64,000 bases of DNA from Nemertoderma westbladi (Eukaryota; Animalia; Xenacoelomorpha). The DNA is taken from contig JAUCBJ010001884.1 of assembly GCA_032718475.1 (NCBI GenBank), forward strand, positions 19,475 through 83,474. The letters run 5' to 3'. Shown one piece after another: positions 25,901 through 38,344 of the stretch; the first letter of the stretch is position 1; each line of letters opens with the position of its first letter. The position numbers were made by a program, and so were the translations under genes. The notes below the pieces were generated by a model. The model worked only from the letters and a program-made list of their open reading frames with translations. It ran no database searches and was not told where the DNA came from.

Positions 25901-28737
25901 GACGACAAGTGACATCGGACAGCTACGATGTGTCTCTCGTTACTTCAAAGGCTAGAACAATGCCATTGAAGTATATGACTGTACCTCGTGGAGAGCTGCA
26001 AGCCGGGACGATATCCACCGATATTGTCAGTCTAGTTCAACGCGAGCTGGAGGCTAACTTGAAGGTCACATATTGGACGGATGCGACGTTGGTACTTTGG
26101 TACATAAACAATGAAGCGTTTGAATTCAAGACTTTTGTAGCCAACAGACGGGCTGAAATACTAGACCGGTCGCTCAAACAAGATTGGCGTCACTGTCCAG
26201 GGAAGCTGAACCCAGCTGACATCGTGTCGCGGGGGATGCAACCGCTTGACTTTTGTAAACCGGACAATAAATCCTTTTGGTTTAGAGGACCCGATTTCCT
26301 ACAGCGACCATCAGACGAATGGCCACCGTTATTCGACTAGACAACCAACACCATACCAGAGGGTGCCGAGATAAAAATCGACAAGGTTGTCAAGTCCAAA
26401 GCGAAAGCCAACGCCAAGGTCAAGAGGAAACAAGGACGGACGAAATCTGATGACCTGGACGCCAGACCTGACATTACGCCAGACGTCTCACCAGACATTC
26501 GACCAGACGCTTGTACGAATCCTTCGCCGGATGTTCCGCGGGAGATTTCACCAGACGTTTCGCCGGATTGTTCACCAGATTACTCGCCAGACTATTCACC
26601 AGAAGTGACACCAGATTGTTCTCCGGATTATTCGCCAGATTGTTTTATGGAACTCTCGACAGAATGTCTACCGGACGTCTCACCAGACTTTCCACCAGAC
26701 ATCTCGACAGACTGTCCACCAGACTTTGGACCAGACTTTCTGACAGAAGTTACGCCAGACAGACTTTGGGACCGACGACAGGACATTTCGCCAGACGTTC
26801 CGCGCTATGTCTCACCAGACGCCTCACCAGACTGTTCACCGGACGCTTCACCAGACTGTCTACTAGACACTCCACTAAAAGACCCATTGGAGCGGACTTT
26901 TAGAGACTTACCGAATTTGACTTCTTTGGACGACAAAGGTGTGGCCACAGCGATCACACTCCGCTCAAAGAAAGTACTTGACTTACCACCTACAGGTAAA
27001 CGTGTGACTAAGGTTAGGAAGCTTACAGGCTCACAGGAACACACTGATACTGTAGAGTTGAAACCGTTACTGTCAGTCGACACATTAGGTGCGGACGGTA
27101 AAGGTAAGACCGTAAAGGTTGACGTACTTGGGGACTCAGACAAACCTACCGGAAGGCCCGTGGGCCTACCAAGTCCAGACAAGTATCCACACTACGACTA
27201 CACCTTACCTGATGACATCACTAACACTTACATTGACCGGATAGTGAACCTAACTAGATCATGGACTGACGCATGCCGCAAGTTAGCATGGCTCAAACGT
27301 TTGAGACAATATGCCAGAGGCGAACGCGACTTTCCTAGAAGACTTACCTTAAAGGAAGTTGGCCACTGTGAAGTTGATATCATTCGACATTATCAATTGC
27401 GATATTTCGCACGAGAGTTCACAGCGATCAACCAAGGTAAACAGATTAAGTCTTCACCGATTTTGAGTTGGAGTCCGATTATTTACCAGGGCTTACTTTG
27501 TCACAAGTCCAGACTCCAAAACATCGACTTTGCACTTGACTTCAGGTATCCTATCATCATACCGCAACACCATGAATTACAGCGCGCTATGATACTGGAC
27601 GCACATGTACAACTCAAACACGTGGGTAGACACCACTGTCTATCACACTTACGCTCGAGGTTTGTACTGATTAGACCTAGTAAGGCACTGAGTTCGGTAA
27701 CACGGAACTGTATGATTTGTAAGAAGGTGCACGCGAGGATAGGACACCAGGAAATGAGTGAACTAGCATTAGCTAGACTACAGGCGTTTAGACCCCCTTT
27801 CACTGAGACAGGGATAGACTGTTTTGGACCCATAATCGTGAAACGCGGAAGGGTACAGGTAAAACGTTGGGGATTGATCTTCACTTGCATGGCCAGCAGA
27901 GCTGTCCATATTGAGCGTGTGACAGATTTAACCACCAATGCCTTTATCCTAGCCTTACGGCGATTTATCGCTAGACGTGGATTGGTCAAATCCATTTACT
28001 GCGACCAAGGGACAAACTTTGTGGGTGCACGGAACGAGATAACCAGAGCTTTGAGAAAGTTGGACCAAAACCAGATTTCCGAGGAACTACATCCTCACCG
28101 TATTGTTTGGAATTTCAACACTCCAGACAGTCCGTGGAGAGGCGGCGTTTGGGAAAGGCTGATTGGCTCAATAAAGACAGCTATGGCTAAAGTGATACCG
28201 ACGCAACACATAATGACAGACGACCAACTGACAACGTTACTAATAGAAATCGAAGCGATCTTAAACACTAGACCGATCGCTTTGATCCCAGACAATAACG
28301 ACGCACAGTTTGCCTTGACACCAGCGCACCTGCTTATGCAGGCGCCGACGACATTGTTGCCCATTTCGGTACCCGTTGATAGTGACAGATACGGCAACAA
28401 GGCTTGGAAAATCACTCAACTACTTGCAAATAAATTCTGGGAAATATGGCAGAAATATTATTTGCCCTCTATTTCGACCAGAACCTCTTGGTATCTAAAT
28501 ACCCGATGTTTGAGACGTGGTGACCATGTTTTATTGGCTGAAGCTAATCTGAAAAGACGGTTTTGGCTGACTGGAGTCATTTTGACCACACACCCTACAT
28601 CTGGTGTAGTGAGGACAGTTACTGTAAGGACCATCGACGGGCGTACCGTAGATAGGCCTGTACAACGTCTCGTACTCCTTGAGGAAACTAGAAACGAGAC
28701 AGGAGACTACAAATCTCCACCCAATATTAGTAAATAG
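19951..28737 (+). pseudogene. BEL/Pao gag-pol polyprotein (~2,930 codons) with two in-frame stops (20686-20688 TGA, 26338-26340 TAG)
   Basis: Three ORFs in one frame; PPKFSGNAKHW, Zn knuckles, ILDSASS (PR), CDVEAMF/FYVDD (RT), HSFSDAS (RH), HVQLKH..CMIC, GIDCFGP, CDQGTNF, GGVWERL (IN). Confidence 0.93.
26455..26865 (+). repeat. 12-bp coding tandem repeat (x-S-P-D)n between RNase H and integrase
   Basis: Repeated TC(A/G)CCAGAC-NNN units, in frame with pol. Confidence 0.85.
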
Positions 28738-30435
28738 ATGTGGGACCTTTGATGGCCGCCACATAGCTTTACCGTATTTTAGCAATTTAGTATTTTGTAT
28801 TACTGTATGTGCATTTGTAATCCTCTTCACTGTAGATAGAGACAGCGGTGGAATTCCATTGTCTTTATATGTGAACATGGAGGGTAGTACCCTTATGTAT
28901 CACATAGGAGCGGGATTGTGTGTACAGTAGGAATGGAATTCCACTTGGAACCCACAAGTGAGACAATTTTTCAAAAATTATTAGACAAATCCATTTATTT
29001 GGATTTAAATTTAAGAAAAACGATTCTCCAGTGAATGCAAATTCTAGAATACAGCTAGATAAAAATTAAAATTGGGGAGGACAAGAGCGGATGGAAGGCT
29101 TGCGAGCCTACCGATAAATTTTTTTGGAAAAAGAAAACTGGCCTTGTTCTACGTAGTCGTGTCTACTATTATTTAGACCAATTAATTCTCGACTGCACTA
29201 TTTTCTTTTGGGAACGTAGTGGGGAAATTAAAAGGTGAGTATTTTAGACTCGCGGCTAGTTTACCCGGAATTCGTTTTTTATCGGCACAATATTTTTGGA
29301 TTAGGAGCCAGTGCGAAATCACACGAACCCGAAGTCATTAGGCAAATGGGTTGGGGTTTAGAGCAGAGTTGAGCCAAAAGCCGACAAACTCTAAGTCACC
29401 TCACATCTAACCTCTATTTTGTGCTTCATCTAGTAGAATCGTAACGATATGTAACCATATATATTCGTATACGATGGCGGAGAAGATGTATAAGGAGTTA
29501 CGTCAAGGGTTTACGCAAGAACAAGAGCACCAGGCGCCATTTAATCGTTATGGAGCTAAAAACTTTAGTGTGTTTGGAGTGGAGAGTATGGCTAGGAGTA
29601 CAGCCAAGCTCGCTAAATCCAAGGCGGACCCGAATGTTACGCGACAGCGGTTGGACGCATATAACAAAAGAATGGAGGAATTACACGCGGAGTTCAATGC
29701 GTTATATTCCTACGATGCGTTATGCGACGCTAGCGACATTTGCGAGGATCCAGACACTAAGATACGCCGATTGTATCATACGCTGCAATACTTGACGGTA
29801 AATGAACCCTTACCTGCAGCTAGAGACGAATTCGAAGGAATGCATCTTTATAGACGCGCTCGAGGAGCGGATCCAGAGACCAAGGACGCGTTCTCCATAT
29901 ACAAACTGTTTTATAAATGTGGAGCGTGTATGCGTGAGCAAGACAACGCGATTCCTATGCGGTTGAACTCGGAGAACCCCGAGCCGATATTAGCGCGATG
30001 TTCACACCACCAAAGTCTATGTTACTAAGAAGGCGGATACCCTTTGACAAATCCGTATCATTCGTTTAAAATGAGTGGACCGAACGCGGGTGAAATTGTT
30101 ATTTACGAACCCAAATTAGTCGAACCAGACGTCTACAGAATGGTAGTGGACGAGTCTAATAAGTCGACACAAGAGAAACGGGAAGCTTTGAGCCTCTACA
30201 GGGCGTACAAGGCGTACGAGAAAGGCGAGATCGAGGAGTTCGGTGGAAGGCTCGCGAGCCTACCATTCTATTGGATATCCCACGATCAAACCGAACCCAA
30301 GGAGATGACACCCGAGCTCTTCGATAGTATCACCTTTGCTCAGCGTTTGTCGCAGAGACTACAGATACCTCATGTCGAGATGACGCGAGAACCTCAGCCC
30401 CATTCTACTGGAGCGATAGTACCGGTTGCGAGACC

Positions 30436-33400
30436 TGGTATGTCAGGCTGTCCGGTACATAGCCAGACATCTGTAGCCTGTAGGCTGAGGTAAAAGTGGA
30501 TGCTGGAGCGACACAACCGGTCAGTATAATATAATATAAGCAGAATGCAAGCAAGATATGTAGGCCCGTGCCATAGACAGTAAGGGGGAATAATGAAATA
30601 GGCCTATACTGTATATATCCATACCAACTCCCCCTTTAGGCGATTTTGTCAGATCAAAATTGTTTACAGTGAACCCCATACACCATATTATAGTTTAAAA
30701 ATAATAAATGACTATTCTAGTGTAATAATTAATTTTTATAGTCTCCAAATCGAACGGTAGGTTTTGTTACACGAGTGCTGCGGCGTATTACGCTCTTACT
30801 TTCAGTTTCCAACTCCGGTGTTGGAACTGTTTTCTGTTGGGTTGGGTTCGGTGGTGTTTCGAGTTCAATGACCTCGTGGTAGCGACGGAGAAAACGTCTG
30901 TTTCGCCACCATGTACGACCTGAAGGTAGTTTAACGTGGTAGTCTCGTCGTTTTCCGGCCCCAACTATAATACCGACACGATCCCAACGTTTAGATCTGG
31001 AGTCTTGGAGGCGAACTTTTGTGCCTATTAGGAATGGTTTGAGGTTCCGCGCCGTTGAATTGTAGTGTTTGACGGCTTTCTCGCGAATAAATTCGTGTCG
31101 TGCGTCAGCTGTCTCGGCTGACTGCTGCCACTTCGGGTCAAATGAAGTGTGATGGGCTGGTACACGCGATCGCAGGTTGCGCCCAAAAACGATCTGGCTT
31201 GGTGAGCGACCATCCGCGTGTGGTGTGTTCCGTACCTCGAGTAAACCTTCGAGGAATTCCTCAGAATTTATGTCTGAGGTTGTCGTTTTTGCCAATAGAC
31301 CTTTAATGAGTTTTACGTGGCATTCCGCATGCCCGTTACTGGACGGAAAATGCGGCGTACTAGGCGCCCATTCGACCCCCCAACGTTGCAGGAATTTCCT
31401 AAAGTTGGATGCGGCGAATTGAGGTCCTCCATCGCTTCGAAGTTTGGTTGGAACGCCTAAGTCGACGAAACATTTCCGTAACACGCTGACGATTTGTTGT
31501 GATGTTGTTTATTCCCGGCCAGTAGACTGCGGACCGCGCTCTTTGTTTCGTCCGCGTCATACCCTGGTGGGCAGCGTGTAGGCGTTCTAGAATTTCGGCT
31601 CGTTTCGCACTAGGTATAACCAGGCGTGGACCATATAATACCAGGCCGTTATCTACGGAGAGTTCGTTATGTATGGATTTAAATTGCTGGACGAATCCGG
31701 AGGTGTGGTTTTCAGTTGTGAATCCGCTTAGGATTTCAGTAACTAATTGCTGATAGGCCTTATCGTTTAAGGCTACCTTCCGGATTTCCTCGATAACGGG
31801 GTCTGTTGTAGGTGGTTCTAGAACGTTTTTAGGATCTAAGTCCCGAGTATTAGTTAATGCTATCCGTATAGCTGCTATGGTTCTTGTGACATCGTCATCT
31901 TCCTTTAATAATTCATCAGTGGTATCGGGGTCATCCACTGGAGCTCGGCTGAGACAGTCTGCAATTTTATTGTCTTTACCTTTTTGCCACACTAATTCAA
32001 ATTGATATTTCGATTGCAGCTGAGCTTTAATTCGCTGGAGTTTTGTATTATCGACTTGATCCAGGGTTTGTTTATTGAAGATTGAAAGTAAAGGCCGATG
32101 GTCAGTCATAACTTTAAAACTTTCTAATCCAGCTAAATATAGGTGGCATTTACTCATTGCATATTTTATAGCAATGGCTTCCAATTCTATTGTGGCATAC
32201 CGGGTTTCGGCGTCCGATATAAATCGGCTTCCACAGGCAATGAGCTTCCATTTATTATTATTATTTTGCAGTAAATCGAAGCCAAATCCGTGCAATCGAC
32301 TGGCGTCTACTTCTAACCGTGTTTCAGCGTGCGGATCGAAGGGTACCAGGATTGGAGGTTTTAGAAGTGCGTATTTAACAGCCTCGAATGCATTATCATG
32401 CATTATTTCCCATGTAAAATGGTTGCGAGTTCGTAGTAACTCGCGCAACGGAGTCGCTGCAGCGCTGACTTCCGAGGAAAAGCAACCGAGTTGGTTAACG
32501 AGTCCCATAAAACTTCTGAGTTCACTTATGTTAGTTGGTTTGGGAAACTCGGAGATTGCCTTTACTTTGTTGGGGTCTGCCTCGATGCCGTTGTGTGAAA
32601 CGATATATCCTGCGAACTTTACTCGTTCTTGAGCGAAGTTGAACTTTTCAGGATGGAGGGTGATGCCAAAATCCCGACAGCGTTGTAGAACCGAACGAAC
32701 GCGTTCAACGTGAGTGTCAAACTCGACATCCTCGATGAGTAGGTCGTCTACGATTTTATTTATGTTGGCCATACCCTCAAAAGCCATGTCTCCCCTATAA
32801 TTATATGAGTCCCCGGTGGATATGAAGCCCATCGGGGCCCGGCAGTACCGGAACCGGCCCCACGGCGTTAAGAAGGTAGTGAGGTCTCGCGATTCTTCCG
32901 CCAACTCGACTTGCCAATAACCAGACTTAGCGTCAATTTTTGTGAAATAACGCGCGTCTGGTGTGCGGTCTGAGACAACGTCGAAAGGAGTTTTGGCATT
33001 GTGTATAGTTCGTTTCACCTGATTATTTAATTTGGTAAGGTCAACCGTGATACGAATTTCATCCGGTCGACCGGGTTTGGGGCAAACAACCATGGGATGA
33101 CACCAATCTGTGGCCCGGTCACCCACCCGTTCAATGATGCCTTTGTCCAACATGTCGTTGAGTTCGGCGTGGGCTTTATCTCTGTAGGCGTAGGGTATAG
33201 AGCGGGTGGCGTAGATGCACAAAGGTTTTGCACCTTCCTTGACTTCTATAGTCATAGGGGGACCCAGCATCGGTTTAAGTTGGCCTTTGATGGCAAAGAC
33301 GTCACTAAACTCTTCCAGAAGTTTTTGTTTTATTTTGTCTACGAGTTCAGCATCTATGTTAATAGGTGCAACCACTTTATTTTCCTTCACTAAATGGAGT

Positions 33401-35415
33401 GGTGTGGGGAATTCGTCGTGGACGATGTTGAAGGCTTTACAAGCTGTAAAGGAAAGATAAATATCTTTAATTCCGTCACAAATATAAACCCATTCGTTGT
33501 AACGCATGTTTTCAATCTGTAGAGTTAGTTTTAAACGTCCTATACATTTTATTGGATTGCTGTTTATTGCTTCCAGTGGCTCGTCTAATTCTCTAAGTTT
33601 ATTTATAGATATACCGAGGCGATTTAGAATACCGATTCCGCCAGCGGTGACGTCTGCGCCGGTGTCTGCAATGCAAGCGCTTGTTGTTAGCAGTTTCCCC
33701 GTACCGGTATGCACGAATTGTACGGAGATGCGAGGTTTACCGGCCTCCCGGGCTAGTTCGCGTGGTTCGACGCCAATTTTCGCGAGGGAAATCGCACCGG
33801 AAGTTGTCTTCTTTGGTTGGCGACATAGATGGGTGAAGTGGCCGATACGTTCGCATTTTTTGCATTCGCGGCCGATGGCTTTACACGGTTTATCTTTCTC
33901 GTGAGGCCAAACTCCACCACATTTCCAGCAGCGATTATTGTCTCGTATTTGTGGATGGGGTTTGAATTGTCGACCTTTACTGGAGCTCCGTTGGCTATCT
34001 GACTTACTAAAATTACGCCCTCGGTTCTGAGGTTTAACTGCGTTAACTTTGTATGTCAGTCGTTGATCTTCCCGAACAGCCAGCTCCCGATTACGGCAAA
34101 AATCGACAGTTTCATCGCGGGATAGGGCAGGCCTTTTACCCAAAAGTTCCTGACGTACCTCCTCATCCCGTATACCGCAAACTATTAAAGTGGAGATCCA
34201 GTCCTCCTTTGTCATAACTTCGATGTTTGCGTCATCCACCAGTTCGCACAACTGAATGTAGTAATCGTCGAACGACTGTTTTTCTTCCTGTTTAGTCCGT
34301 ACCAGTTTGTAACGGTCTACAGTTATATTCTGTTGTGCGCGGAGGTGTTCCCGTATTTTTACGAGGATTTCGTCCGTTGACAGTCGGGTATCTTGAGGAA
34401 TTTTGACAGCATAATGCATCCGGTTTAGGAAATCAGGGCTGCAGTATGAAAAGAACGTTGCCACCTGATCTTCCATAGGTTTGCTGTCGAGTTTTGTCAC
34501 CCGGGCATAATTGCGCCATGTTGTCTCCCACCGTTTAAATGTTTTGTAGGAAACGTCATCCTCGATAATGTTTGGCGGGTGTACAGTGAGTTTGGTTGCC
34601 TCGCGGTCTTGGGGACGTCTGGAGCTTCCGTGCGTTGCCGATCCCGGGCCCGCAGCTGCTATTACGTCGCGCTCTTCCCGCAATCCCTCAAGTAAACGCT
34701 GTTGGTTTTGATCGACGAGGTAGAGGAGTTGTCTGTGCTCTTCCGCCCGTTCTCGTCGTTCAACCCGCTGTTCTTCCATTCGTTTAGCATCCTGGTCGAC
34801 AAAGTGCGCGAGGAGTTTAGCTAAATCGGAACCTCCGACTTCTCCGGTTTGTTCAGGTTCTGATTCTGCTCCTTCTACGAACTTTAGCAACCGTTTTCTA
34901 AGAACCGTTGTTGCCGTTCTGTCGCTGTACTTAATTCCGGCATTTGCGAGGTGTGCTTTAATAGTTGCCCGGTCAAGGTGTTCTATCGAAGCTGGATCAA
35001 TTTCCCACGTTTCATCCTGGGTTGGGAGTTCGTCCATCACGCAAATTAAATATGTTTTTTTAATATATGAAATTTCAAATTATTACCGGTAATTATTAAG
35101 CAAGCATAGTCAGAACGTGCAGAAGTGCAGTCGATCGATGATCGATCGGTGATATTGCAGTGCAGTTTATTGCGTAAGTTCAAGCGCAGCGCGGTACTGG
35201 TACTGCGCCTATCTCACTGCGCCATGGTATGTCCGGCTGTCCGGTACATAGCCAGACATCTGTAGCCTGTAGGCTGAGGTAAAAGTGGATGCTGGAGCGA
35301 CACAACCGGTCAGTATAATATAATATAAGCAGAATGCAAGCAAGATATGTAGGCCCGTGCCATAGACAGTAAGGGGGAATAATGAAATAGGCCTATACTG
35401 TATATATCCATACCA
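30436..35415 (-). mobile_element. Gypsy (Mag-like) LTR retrotransposon nested in BEL2 ORF2
   Basis: 191-bp LTRs 30436-30626 and 35225-35415 (TGGTATG...CATACCA, 1 mismatch); TSD AGACC; PBS TGGCGCAGTGAG; PPT AAGGGGGAGT. Confidence 0.95.
30729..35040 (-). pseudogene. Gypsy gag-pol with an internal deletion/frameshift in the integrase N-terminal part (~31500)
   Basis: Double knuckle CWKCG..H..C..CKKCERIGHFTHLC, IADTGA, KIDAKSGYWQ, IVDD, VDAS, TDHRPL, LHAAHQG..YWPG; then jumps to SDGGPQF/SNGHAE, with no CxxC or first catalytic D. Confidence 0.9.
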
Positions 35416-38344
35416 AGACCAACTAGTTTTCCTATTAGTATACCGACCCGGAAGGAGACAACTTACGAGATCCCTATAGTTGAACACCCGGAGATCATTT
35501 CGAACCTGGACTTCCTCCCATCGGTTACCTTTGGTGATGTGTTAGAGTCAGCCGAGTTGCGTAAAGTAATAGTTCAAAAAATCGTACGCAACGTGCCTCC
35601 ACATATTACGGACTTTAAGGAAGTGGATCGCGCGGGGACGGATATCGCACCTTGTATCTTGCGAGGATATCTGACGAGAACGATTCGATTATGGATCGGA
35701 GTTGGAACGTTTGAGACCGACACCGATATCACGACCAATTGGACCGGTAAACCTATTAGTTTCGATGATGAAAAGTCGATTGGGAGAATTTGGAACCCTA
35801 CCGACGATTTACTCGACGATTGGGACGTGACTAGCCGATCTCTAAAGGAGAATGGTTATATGTTTTACGATGATGAAGGAGGAAGCCATCAGCAAAGCCT
35901 CACTTCGAAGACTATACAGATTAGAGCACCAGATGGCGTGTTACATGTCTTCAGCCGACAGAGGAGTGATAGAAAGATGCCTATGCCGGAAGGAACGACG
36001 CAAAGACACGCGATGATAAAACGGATAGTTAAATCCATGGACCTGGCTTGTAGCATAGAAGCTAGGATATTACCAAAGGCCGTGCGAGACGTTGTGTTGG
36101 ACAAGAGCATCGTCAAGATCGGATCCGGTGTACGGGATGACCTTATTAGCGACTTTGCAGGGATGCCCACGGAAGAGGACCGATTGCCTACGCCATACGT
36201 GGATACTAGACCATTGTTGCTTTGGGCTATCGAGCAAGGATATTTTAGGGAGTATAACACGCTAAAAACTGGGACGGGTTATATCTCATATCTAATGTTC
36301 AGTTGGGATTACAAGGAGAGTAAGAGGAGCAAATACACGGATGTATACGGAGAGGGAGATACCCCCGGCGTAAACGAGTTCGAGTCACAGTTGAAGTGGC
36401 GAGGTTGCGTGTATTGGGCGATTACTTCACCTCCGCGAATAATCTTGCAATACTATTTAGCGATAGAATCTTCGGTTAACGTTTGTTTCATCGCGGATGT
36501 AGTATCCAGAACCCTAAAGCGACACCCGTTATGTCTCGGCGAAGGACATACCTTTTACGATGGAGGAAGGACGCATACTGATGTATTCCGACGATTTCTC
36601 CAACCCTTTTATAACACCGATGCGCACTGCGAAGTTTTCACGTGAGCGGGACTTAGCGTTTTCAGGGACGTCTATCTCACTCACGCGGGAAGTCTAGTCG
36701 ACAGACCGTCGATGTTAACGTTAGTACCCTACGACGGGGAACGCCACGCGGAATTCGAACGCCCGGAAGGATCCTGGAAGGCTCGCGAGCCTACCGCCCA
36801 TCACGACAATGTGGATCCGACCGAGTTGGCGCTAATAGACGAACCGTTGCGGCAACTCATAGAGATAGAGGAGAACCTTCCGAGGAAGACGCGAACTGAG
36901 ATACGCGAGTTGGAGAAAAGCGATGCCATGGTTTGTGTACAACCTACGGAGACGAACATACCGACTGACCCGGATGATGAGAATTATCACGTGGACGGTA
37001 GCGCTCGCCGGTAGACGGTGCACCCCGACAACAAGAATACTTGGAACTTTCAAACTGTGGTGAACAAGATTACCGCCGGAGAATTCGATAAACTGCGAGT
37101 TGAACAGCGGAATCGAGGAGCCTGGCATTCGATAGCTTGGGCATACCGGAGCGCATTTTATCACAAACGCGTAACCTCGTGTATTCTGGACGAGACCGAC
37201 GTTTTGCGTGAGACTGGCTTCAAGGCCACGTCGTTAGCAGAGAAGACGCGTCACCCACAGGATGATCAGCAATTTCGTATACTCAAAGCCCAGAAGGCCG
37301 GACAAGAGATAAAGAAGATAGTAAATGTCGCCGAGAGGACGACATCGAAGTCGCAAATCCGGATGACTCGGGGCACGGTTTCCCTCGCTAGAGAACCACG
37401 CGGAGGGACGGGATACGCTTTGCCGGAACCCATTAGGATTCAAACGACGTCAGAGAGCGAGGTGTCAGCGGACGGAACAGTCCCACCCTTTCGACTTCCT
37501 CATAGCGTTGTGGAGACTCGATCCGATGTTAAGCCGACAGTTGGAATCGGACGAGGATTTAGAGGATTGAGCGCACGACGGATGTGCGAAACTCCCGTCG
37601 TCCCCTTTCCTAGCGTTTTGGAACCACCGACAACTCGACGCCGAAGTCCGAGCCCAGTTCGACCTCGACCACCACCCAATCGCAATAGAGGACGTGGACG
37701 AGCCCGCTCAGCAAAGGAATAGGAAAGCGAGAAGAAGGAAGGCTTGCGAGCCTATATTTATATTCGGATATTATATTTCGACACTATATTTGGGTATTTA
37801 TATCGGACATTATATTTGAATGTTGGGTTTGGAAGAACAAGATATGGAAAGGAAGGCTTGCGAGCCTACCGTTAGCAATTAGTGCTCAGGAGAAGATATC
37901 CAGACCAGCAGGACGAACTTTCATATCGTCAAAGGGACACTTTAAGACTTATTTGGAAGTTATTAGCGCTTTATGTTTATTTTATATTTGAACTGATTTA
38001 ATTTGGTGGAAGTTTATTATGTATATTTACAATATATAAAGATTTATTGAAAGAAGTTACAATTATTTGTTCGATTTGTTTTGATTTATTTGTTCTGATT
38101 TGTTTAATTTGTTTATCTTGATAACCGAAAGCATTTTGTATTTTAGGCACTAAAGTTAATTGGTAAATTTGTATTTGTATGTACGATCGATTGTATTTAC
38201 GCCGTATCTGCAATATTAAGTATGCAATAATTAGATAGTGATTATTTTATATTTTAGGTCCCACCAGTAGATTTAGAAGTAGTTTGTAAATATTTTGTAT
38301 TTCGATTGGTGAAAACAGTCTTACTTACTGTTTTCATGGAGCGG

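Larger units (their letters stand above)
29474..37722 (+). pseudogene. BEL2 ORF2 (~1,087 aa reconstructed): DEDDy/WRN-like 3'-5' exonuclease-fold protein, split by the Gypsy insertion and three in-frame stops
   Basis: Removing 30436-35420 puts ORFs 29474, 30044, 35539, 36712 and 37018 in one frame; motifs GVGTFETD, TIQIR, LPKAVRDVVLDKSIVKIGSGVRDDL, YVDTR, QYYLAIES. Confidence 0.7.

Noticed and set aside
29474-37722. Envelope gene
   Set aside because: No signal peptide, TM helix or Cys-rich ectodomain visible
19951-37722. Alternative genetic code or programmed readthrough explaining the in-frame stops
   Set aside because: All three stop types occur, the WASHC2 and Merlin ORFs terminate normally, and a duplicate shows CGA at one site
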